Source: an uncultured Ellagibacter sp. (GTDB taxonomy: Bacteria; Actinomycetota; Coriobacteriia; Coriobacteriales; Eggerthellaceae). From it: a stretch of 64,000 nucleotides of DNA. Position 1 is the first letter of the stretch, and each line of letters opens with the position of its first letter. The notes below the pieces were generated by a model, which did no database searches, was not told the DNA's origin, and saw only the letters and a list, made by a program, of their open reading frames with translations. Shown here piece after piece: positions 56,842-64,000 of this stretch. The position numbers and the translations under genes were made by a program. The stretch lies in contig NZ_CAKUBT010000007.1 in the NCBI RefSeq assembly GCF_934643285.1, positions 4,755 through 68,754 of the forward strand, in the 5' to 3' direction.

Positions 56842-57224
56842 TAGTCCCTCCTTTAAGTGAGAAGCTTGAGTATCCCGACTCAAGCGGAGCGGCTTTGCCT
56901 ATATCCCTTAGGCGGACCGCCATGCAATTACTCCCCATTTGCACTAACGGCAAGAACATGGTGCGAAGGACATGCCCCAGAATTCAGATTCCGCAACTAC
57001 GGGTAGTGACTCTTCAATACCGGCCATTGCAGAAGCTTCGGCGCCCTCTCGCATCCACTGCGAGAAACCGTGTGTGCGCATCCCCCTTTCTGACTTCTCT
57101 TTCAAATTGCCAATCTATCCCCTGCGGCCAGCGGTATAAAAACGCCGGCGAACAGACAAGCGGTACTTTACGTAAGGCAAACGGTATGAGCGTCAAACCA
57201 TGAGGTTATTTTTGTGAATATCAC

Positions 57225-57243
57225 ATCAACCTCACGGGTTGAT
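57225..57243. promoter_or_regulatory. Perfect inverted repeat ATCAACC-N5-GGTTGAT in the MFS/LuxR divergent intergenic region (candidate operator)
   Basis: 57225-57231 and 57237-57243. Shares TCAACCTCA with 50313-50321. An extra half-site AGGTTGA lies at 57437-57443. Confidence 0.35.
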
Positions 57244-57506
57244 ATTTCGACATCCACACATAAATCTGTCCACTTTTGCCCTCATCAAATCGCAATTGCC
57301 TGTCCCTTCCCTAAAATGGGCACTGTGTTGTTTTTGTTGCATTCTGCGCACGAAATTGAGCAAAGATTGCGCGCATTCGATAGCATTACCTAGCTTCAGT
57401 AGGGTAATATAGCTGCGTACGCAGTATCGAACGTTTAGGTTGAGAATTACCGCGCAAAAGAAGATAATCACGAAGCTCGCAAACGCATCATTTAGGGGAA
57501 CAACTT

Positions 57507-59183
57507 ATGGCTTCGACTTTTCCGCATGTCACTATTACGGTCGCAGGCAAGGAAAACGGCGCTGACGCCTCGGGTGAACTTAATACGCTTTCACTCGGGT
57601 ACGGCTTCCATCAGGCATGGATTTACTCCGCCATGTTCAGCGCTGGCGTATTCTTTGGGACCGACAAGCCCTTCACCATGCTTTTCGACGGAGCATATTC
57701 CTGCTCGCTCATTGTTCTCGTAATCTCGATGCTTTTCTTCGGCATCGCACTTCTGGCCCTTGGCGTTACCAATCAGATGTTCTTGCGCTTCTACGTGTCG
57801 AAGCGAGCGCTCGGGCTTTCCGCATCGCTCACCTGTTTGGGCACCTACGCCTCGTTCCTCGTTCCTGTCGGCGGGCCCCTCGGCACCCTCGCCCTGCTCT
57901 TCGCCGGCTTGGCAACGGGCATCGGATCGAGTCTTATGGTCGTGCTGTGGGGCACAGCGTTCGCACGCTATGAATTCAGCACCATCATCCTGAACACGGC
58001 CGTCTCAGTTGCCATCGGTATCGGCCTTTATATGGTTCTCACCCACTTGATGCCGCCCTTCTGCTCGGGCATCATCACCGGCATCCTCCCCATAGCCGAG
58101 GTCTTCATCCTCTGGCGTCTGACGCCGATTCCCTACTATCGTCGTCGCGAGATTCCGATTTTCCATCCGTTGACGGTTAAGCCCGCGCAGTTCCTTGTCC
58201 GCATGCTTATCCCGACAGCGATCTTCGGTTTCGCGCTCGGCGTCCTGCGCACCGTTGCGAGCAACATCGTGCTTCCTGCCGCCGACTTAACGATGCTCCT
58301 CGTCATGGGCGCCGCAGCCTGTTTGGGCATGTTCATCACCATCGCAACGATTTTCATTTCGAAGAACGAGGGGCATTGGGACCTCATCTTCCGGACGCTT
58401 TTGCCGTTTATCGCCCTCGCAGCGATTTCCCTGCCGTTCCTTAACTCCCCGAGCTCGCTTCTCGCGTGCCTCGCGCTCATCGCGGGATACATGTGTTTTG
58501 AAGCGCTCATGTGGATATTCTTCGCCGACCTGGCGCAGGAGTTCCGCCTTTCGCCCATTTTCGTGTTCGGCACGGGACGAGGCACGCTTGCGCTTACCTC
58601 TCTTTTCGGAACACTCTTCGCCATGACACCAATCGGCGACGCCAGCTCCATGATCACGGGAGCCGATTACGGCTCCGGGGCTCTACTCGTTCTGTTTGCG
58701 CTCATCCTCGGATACGTGCTGTCCCCTCGCCAGCGCGAAGTGAAGGCGATTGTCGCCGCCCCAACTGAAGGAGTAAACGTTGACCAGGGAACGGAAGCCC
58801 TGAAAAAGCACATCGCCGCGCTGGACGAGAGAGACGCCACTGCAGAGAAGGCGCCCGCTCCCGAATCCGAAGAACCTCAGGAGACACCGCAGGATGCCGA
58901 GGAGGGTCGCCGCGCGAAGGGCCGCTTCCATGCCCAATGCGAGGCAATTGCCGACCGCTACCTTCTCTCGCGGCGCGAGACCGAGGTTATGTTCCTTCTT
59001 GCGAAGGGCCATAACGCGGCGTTCATTCAAGACCAGCTTTGCATCTCTAAGAGCACAGCGAAGACGCATATCAACCATATCTATCGCAAACTCGATATCC
59101 ATACGCAGCAGGAGCTTCTCAGCATGGTTGAGGCAGCCAAACGCGAAGCGTACGACTCCGAGAACAATCCTCCGCGCCGCTAG
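57507..59183 (+). CDS. LuxR-family transcriptional regulator with polytopic N-terminal membrane domain
   Basis: About 10-12 TM helices, an acidic linker, then C-terminal HTH LSRRETEVMFLLAKGHNAAFIQDQLCISKSTAKTHINHIYRKL. Confidence 0.85.
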   Translation: MASTFPHVTITVAGKENGADASGELNTLSLGYGFHQAWIYSAMFSAGVFFGTDKPFTMLFDGAYSCSLIVLVISMLFFGIALLALGVTNQMFLRFYVSKRALGLSASLTCLGTYASFLVPVGGPLGTLALLFAGLATGIGSSLMVVLWGTAFARYEFSTIILNTAVSVAIGIGLYMVLTHLMPPFCSGIITGILPIAEVFILWRLTPIPYYRRREIPIFHPLTVKPAQFLVRMLIPTAIFGFALGVLRTVASNIVLPAADLTMLLVMGAAACLGMFITIATIFISKNEGHWDLIFRTLLPFIALAAISLPFLNSPSSLLACLALIAGYMCFEALMWIFFADLAQEFRLSPIFVFGTGRGTLALTSLFGTLFAMTPIGDASSMITGADYGSGALLVLFALILGYVLSPRQREVKAIVAAPTEGVNVDQGTEALKKHIAALDERDATAEKAPAPESEEPQETPQDAEEGRRAKGRFHAQCEAIADRYLLSRRETEVMFLLAKGHNAAFIQDQLCISKSTAKTHINHIYRKLDIHTQQELLSMVEAAKREAYDSENNPPRR

Positions 59184-59205
59184 CACGTAAGTTGGCGCTC
59201 GAAAG

Positions 59206-62200
59206 ATGACGGCAGAGGATTCCGCTAAAACCTATCGCTTCGGAATCGACGCGGGGTCGAAGACCGTGAAAGTCGTGATCGTCGACGAAGACGGCACCGT
59301 GGTGAACTCGATTTACCGCCGCCATCTTTCAAACATTCGCGAGACGCTTGTCGATATTCTGCACAACCTGACCTGGCGTTATGGCGATCTTTCCGGCAAG
59401 GCAACCGTCACCGGCTCGGCGGGCATCGCGCTCGCCGAGATGCTTAAGCTCCCGTTTGTGCAGGAAGTTCTAGCAACCGAGCGCGCCGTGCGGGAACTCT
59501 ACCCCGACGCCGACGCCGTCATCGAGCTTGGCGGCGAGGACGCGAAGGTGATCTACCTCTCGGGCAACCCCGAACAGCGGATGAACGCGACCTGCGCTGG
59601 CGGGACAGGCGGGTTCATCGACTCGATTGCCTTCATGCTCGGCGTGCGCACAAGCGATATGAGCCGACTTGCGGGCGGGGCGTCGCGTATCTACCCGATT
59701 GCATCGCGATGCGCCGTGTTCGCGCAAACCGACGTACGACCGCTTCTGAACGCCGGCGCCAAGAAGAGCGACATCGCAGCAAGCGCCCTTGAGGCCGTCG
59801 TGCGGCAAACGATTACCGGGCTCGCATGCGGACGACCCATCGAAGGGAAGGTCATCTTCCTCGGAGGGCCGTTACAATTCATTCCTGACCTGGTCAGACG
59901 CTTTCAAATTGGCCTTGGACTGAAACGCGGAGAGGGCATTAGACCGCGCTGGGCCCACATCTTCACCGCCCATGGCGCCGCACTGTATGCAGGGGAGCCG
60001 CCAGAAAGCAAGCCCACATCGCTTGGGCAACTCGAAGAGCGCATACGACAAGCGGATGCGCCGGAAGACGACTTGACGCGGCTTGGACCCCTGTTCGCAA
60101 CCGACGAGGAACGCGAGGCGTTCAAGGAGCACCATGCACGGGTTGATTTCCCTCGAAAGAGGCTCTTCGATTGCAGGGGTCCGCTTTACTTAGGGATAGA
60201 CTCAGGATCGACCACGGTGAAGATGGCCGTCATAGACGATGCGGGCAATCTTGTTTATTCCTGCTATACGCCGGTGCAGGGCGATGCGCTTGCCACCGCG
60301 ACCGAGGAGCTGCTCGATTTCGACAGATCGCTCCCCCACGTCTACGGCACGGACGAAACGACCGCCTGGGTCGCACACGCCACGGCGACGGGATATGGTG
60401 AGGACCTGTTGTGCGCGGCGCTCGGTATTGATTCAGGCATCGTGGAGACGACGGCGCACGCCCGCGCGGCAATGGAGCTCGTGCCCGACGCGACGTTCGT
60501 GCTCGATATCGGCGGGCAGGATATGAAGGCGCTCTGGATTAAGAATGGCATGGTGTCGAACGCTATCCTCAACGAAGCGTGCTCGAGCGGATGCGGATCG
60601 TTCATCGAGGGAACCGCGCATTCGCTGCGCTTGAGCCCCCATGCGTTCAACGATGCCGCACTTACCTCCGAGCACCCTGTTGACCTGGGGACGAAGTGCA
60701 CGGTGTTCATGTCTTCCCGCGTCAAGCACGCCCAGAAGATCGGAGCGAGCGTCAACGATTTAGCAGCAGGCATCGCGTATTCGGTTGTGAAGAACGCCCT
60801 GTTCCGCATCATCGGCGCCGAAAGAATCGACACGCTGGGGCCTCAGATAGTCGTGCAGGGCGGGGCGTTCAAGTCCGACGCCGCGCTGCGCGCATTCGAG
60901 AAGGTTTGTGGCGTGGAGGCCATCCGCCCCGAGACCGCCCATCTTATGGGAGCGATCGGTGCGGCGCTGATCGCGCGCGAGCGAGCCTGTGATGCGGCGA
61001 GGAGCACCGACGGCGGCTTGGACGCAGCGCCGCAAAGCACGATGATTTCCGCGCGCGAGCTTGAGTCGCTGTCCGTCGATCGCTTCTCGTCCCGATGCCC
61101 GGGGTGCTCGAACGCGTGCCTTCTCGCCATTGCCGATTTCGGGCATGGCAGGCGTTTCATCAGCGGAAACAAATGTAATAACGCGAATGACTTCGAGTTT
61201 TCGCGAAACGAGAAACCCAAAGCCCGCGCCGCGGAGGCGGCCGCGATTGAAGATCGCGAGCCGACCCCCCGCCCCCACCAGGCCCCGAACGCGATCGCCG
61301 TCGAGCAGCGTCTGCTGCAGTCGGTTGGGGGCGCAGCGCAAGCTGGACTTCGGGGGGCATGCTCGGTCGGAATCATGAACTGTTTCGAAACCTACGAATA
61401 CACCCCGTTTTGGCGGACGTTGTTTGCAGAGCTTGGTTTCAGCGTCATCATGCCCGACGATGCTCGTGGAGCCTCGCTCGAGCAAGCGGCGCTCGCAACC
61501 GTCCCCGCCGAAGGTGCGTGCTTTCCCGCAAAGATTGCGCATATGAGAGCATTTGACCTGATGAACGCAGGTGCGGACGTCATTTTCATGCCCCGCTTCA
61601 ACCGTATCGGGCGCTGTGCGGTGTCGTGCGAATACGCCGATGCGCTCACAGACGCCGTACCCGCGTTTGAACAAGGGAAGGTGCGACTCTCGCGCCCCCA
61701 CCTTTCATCGTTCAAAGTGGCGCGCATTGTAAAGGACGAGGATGACCTGTCGACGCTCTTTTCCGAGGTAGCCAGCTTCTGTCCTGACGGCGCGCCGCTT
61801 TCGCGAGAAGAGTTCGACCACGCCCTCGAAAAGGCGCTCGCATCGCAAAGGGAATTCTTCGATGCGGTCGCCCGGGCAAATGAAAAGGTGATCGACTGGC
61901 TTGCCAAAGACGCACGGCGGCACGCCATCGTGGTTGCCGGGCGCCCTTACCACACCGACCCTCGCCTTATGAGGGGAATCGATACGATGCTTACGAAGTT
62001 GGGGTTCGCCATCCTGTGCCCCACGAGCTCGGACGCGTGGGCGACGCGTCGGCCGCACGATCCGCATTGCCCGCCGTGGAAACCGGGCAAGCACCTTGCG
62101 CGCCTCGCTCGATTCGCCGCCGAGAATACGCAGGTCGACCTTGTGTGCCTGCAATCGTTCGGCTGCGGCTACGACGCACTGAGCCTTGAAGACGCGCGCG

Positions 62201-63177
62201 ACATCCTCGAAGCGGCAGGGAAGCCCTTCACCGCGCTGAAGATCGACGACCTTTCGGACAAGGCCCACCTCAATATTCGGCTTCGCACGCTGGCCGAGGG
62301 GATCGAGTCGATGAGCCGCCGCGGGAAAAGCGGACAAGGATTGCTCGCTGCGAGCCCAAGAAAGCGCGAACGCACGATCGGCCACCCAGCTACCAGCGCC
62401 CTGGCCGCAACATCGCATGTCGAGAAGGAGCGTGCCGCAGTCGAAGGCTTCGCCGGAAACGTAGAGGCCCCCGAAGCTTCGGGCCGCGAGTTCGATCGTA
62501 TTCCGAACGTCATGAACAAGGGACTATCCGCCATCGATGCGCAGGTTGCGCAACGCCAGATGCCGGGCGACGTCTGCTTTACCGCAGCGGCTCTCATCGC
62601 ACGCACTCTGCGAATAGTTGAAGAGAATCCTCAGGTCAAAGCATTACGTATCCCGTTGGTCTGCAACCGCTGCCTGCTCGATGGGCTCGCCCATACGATT
62701 TGGCGGCTCAACGGCAGCTGCCCGGAAATCATAGAGGAAGAGCGCTGGCCGCAACCCATCGAAGAACCCGCCGCGCCCAAGGGGAAAGACACTAGACGAG
62801 TTCTCGTCGGCATTGTTGGCAATCCGCTTCTCTGCTTCGACGCCTTCATGAACGATTCCATCTTGAAGCTGCTGGAACGCTTGGGGTGCAACGTTGCGAT
62901 GCCCGACCCCGACAAGCTCTTCTGCGAAGATGTTCGCTATCTCGACCAGCTGGACGAGTTCTCGCGCAAGGGAGTCGATTGCGTGATCTACCTGCAGAGC
63001 TTCGGCTGCATGAAAGCGCATGTGCACGCACGCGGCTTCGCCCACGAATTCGCGCGGCGATACCCCGATATGCCGATCACCGTCATCGACTACGACCCCG
63101 AATCATCAGCGCTGAACAGGGAAAATCGCATTCGTCTCGCCGTGGAGGCCGCTCTGCGAGCGAAGAAGGAAAGATAG
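59206..63177 (+). CDS. Double BcrAD/BadFG-type ATPase (CoA-substrate-specific enzyme activase family) fused to DUF2229-like domains
   Basis: Two acetate/sugar-kinase-fold ATPase modules (YRFGIDAGSKTVKVVIVDEDG and LYLGIDSGSTTVKMAVIDDAG). Long C-terminal region typical of the ~1300-1400-aa activase-related proteins. Confidence 0.85.
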   Translation: MTAEDSAKTYRFGIDAGSKTVKVVIVDEDGTVVNSIYRRHLSNIRETLVDILHNLTWRYGDLSGKATVTGSAGIALAEMLKLPFVQEVLATERAVRELYPDADAVIELGGEDAKVIYLSGNPEQRMNATCAGGTGGFIDSIAFMLGVRTSDMSRLAGGASRIYPIASRCAVFAQTDVRPLLNAGAKKSDIAASALEAVVRQTITGLACGRPIEGKVIFLGGPLQFIPDLVRRFQIGLGLKRGEGIRPRWAHIFTAHGAALYAGEPPESKPTSLGQLEERIRQADAPEDDLTRLGPLFATDEEREAFKEHHARVDFPRKRLFDCRGPLYLGIDSGSTTVKMAVIDDAGNLVYSCYTPVQGDALATATEELLDFDRSLPHVYGTDETTAWVAHATATGYGEDLLCAALGIDSGIVETTAHARAAMELVPDATFVLDIGGQDMKALWIKNGMVSNAILNEACSSGCGSFIEGTAHSLRLSPHAFNDAALTSEHPVDLGTKCTVFMSSRVKHAQKIGASVNDLAAGIAYSVVKNALFRIIGAERIDTLGPQIVVQGGAFKSDAALRAFEKVCGVEAIRPETAHLMGAIGAALIARERACDAARSTDGGLDAAPQSTMISARELESLSVDRFSSRCPGCSNACLLAIADFGHGRRFISGNKCNNANDFEFSRNEKPKARAAEAAAIEDREPTPRPHQAPNAIAVEQRLLQSVGGAAQAGLRGACSVGIMNCFETYEYTPFWRTLFAELGFSVIMPDDARGASLEQAALATVPAEGACFPAKIAHMRAFDLMNAGADVIFMPRFNRIGRCAVSCEYADALTDAVPAFEQGKVRLSRPHLSSFKVARIVKDEDDLSTLFSEVASFCPDGAPLSREEFDHALEKALASQREFFDAVARANEKVIDWLAKDARRHAIVVAGRPYHTDPRLMRGIDTMLTKLGFAILCPTSSDAWATRRPHDPHCPPWKPGKHLARLARFAAENTQVDLVCLQSFGCGYDALSLEDARDILEAAGKPFTALKIDDLSDKAHLNIRLRTLAEGIESMSRRGKSGQGLLAASPRKRERTIGHPATSALAATSHVEKERAAVEGFAGNVEAPEASGREFDRIPNVMNKGLSAIDAQVAQRQMPGDVCFTAAALIARTLRIVEENPQVKALRIPLVCNRCLLDGLAHTIWRLNGSCPEIIEEERWPQPIEEPAAPKGKDTRRVLVGIVGNPLLCFDAFMNDSILKLLERLGCNVAMPDPDKLFCEDVRYLDQLDEFSRKGVDCVIYLQSFGCMKAHVHARGFAHEFARRYPDMPITVIDYDPESSALNRENRIRLAVEAALRAKKER

Positions 63178-63333
63178 GCACCAACATAACAATGCCGCGC
63201 CTGGCAAACCCGAGCCTGCCGCAAGCACCCGGCAAATTGCGCACGCGAGGTACGCAGGGAGCTTATGGTGGGAAGGCGGGCGCCGAGCGCGGCCTTGAAA
63301 GCGGCCCACTTTACGAGCCGCCCATCCGAATAA

Positions 63334-64000
63334 CTAGTTGACGCAGTGGACCTTTTTGCCCGTTTCCAGGTAATCCATAACTTCGCGCACGGCCATTTCT
63401 GCACAGTTTTCCTCAGCCTCTGCGGTCGATGCACCCAGGTGAGGAAGGACAAGCGCGCCCTCCATCGTCATGACCTCGGGCGTCGCAAAGTCCGTCACGT
63501 AACGGCGAACCTTGCCCGACGCAAGTCCCGCGCGCATAGCATCATTGTCGATCAGGGTGTCACGCGAGAAGTTCAGAAACGCCGCGCCCTCCTTCATGGC
63601 CGCAATTTCGTCCGCACCGATCATGCCCTTCGTCTTCGGCGTTGCCGGGACATGGATCGTGATGTAGTCGCAGCTCGCACACAGGTCGAGCAGGTCGTCG
63701 GTGAAGCGGAGGTTCGGGGAGATGGCAGCTGCGCGCTCGGCATCGAGGAACGGGTCGTAGCCGACCGTCTTCATCCCCAGAGCCTCAGCTGCGGGGATGA
63801 CGAGGCGCCCGATGGCGCCAAGGCCGATCACCCCGAGCGTCTTCCCCATGATTTCGGTGCCGGCAAACTGCTTCTTCGCCTTCTCGGCGCTCTTCGCGAT
63901 GTTCTCGTCGTCCGCGTTGTGGCGGCACCATGCGGCGCCCCCCACGACATCGCGCGCAGCCATGAACAGGGCACACAGCACGAGCTCCTTCACCGCGTTC
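63334..64000 (-). CDS. D-isomer-specific 2-hydroxyacid dehydrogenase (phosphoglycerate dehydrogenase-like), C-terminal part; gene continues past the right edge
   Basis: NAD-binding GKTLGVIGLGAIGRLV, catalytic region ..NFSRDTLID..LPHLGAST.E. The reading frame is open to position 64000. Confidence 0.8.
   Translation of the reverse strand, partial: NAVKELVLCALFMAARDVVGGAAWCRHNADDENIAKSAEKAKKQFAGTEIMGKTLGVIGLGAIGRLVIPAAEALGMKTVGYDPFLDAERAAAISPNLRFTDDLLDLCASCDYITIHVPATPKTKGMIGADEIAAMKEGAAFLNFSRDTLIDNDAMRAGLASGKVRRYVTDFATPEVMTMEGALVLPHLGASTAEAEENCAEMAVREVMDYLETGKKVHCVN

Noticed and set aside
57232-57471. 79-aa minus-strand ORF in the MFS/LuxR intergenic region
   Set aside because: AT-rich promoter region with no RBS and an implausible Cys/Arg/Ile-rich product. 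It overlaps the candidate operator.

Overview
GC-rich chromosomal segment (GC not computed, high by eye). Gene content fits an Actinomycetota/Coriobacteriia (Eggerthellaceae-like) anaerobe; this is inference only. Evidence for that: a Gram-positive-type Tad/Flp pilus operon, a bis-MGD molybdoenzyme near a polytopic-membrane LuxR regulator, a 6C-like sRNA and FeoA-FeoA-FeoB. Most long plus-strand ORFs in the track are antisense shadows of real minus-strand genes. Layout: 1-16.7 kb is housekeeping (purL', purC, purB, OmpR-type two-component system, two trkA, PspC/CorC/HlyIII/YdbST envelope cluster, yqeY). 16.8-19.0 kb holds a self-contained sRNA unit with two C-rich loops, then a lower-GC AlbA_2/HATPase_c_4 gene inserted between ~140-bp direct repeats. 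19.1-25.2 kb holds the feo operon, thrC and a ModE-N-like regulator. 25.2-35.3 kb is a 13-gene Tad/Flp operon ending next to tRNA-Val(UAC). 35.7-47 kb looks accessory: NAT, two tandem DUF262-only genes, and a three-gene operon (cytoplasmic LRR protein / VWA-DUF2201 protein / MoxR AAA+ fused to a methyltransferase). 47-63 kb holds an operon for a molybdoenzyme that has lost its N-terminal FeS cysteine motif, plus a degenerate ferredoxin-like subunit, a trigger-factor-C-like protein, slyD, tig, an aromatic-acid-type MFS transporter, a membrane LuxR regulator and a 1323-aa double BcrAD/BadFG activase. A PGDH-like dehydrogenase runs off the right edge. Best candidates for something undescribed: the LRR/VWA/MoxR::MTase operon, the DUF262 pair, the repeat-bracketed AlbA_2 cassette, and the FeS-less molybdoenzyme module, whose promoter shares an inverted-repeat operator with the MFS/LuxR intergenic region. 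All domain calls rest on motif recognition by eye. No searches were run.
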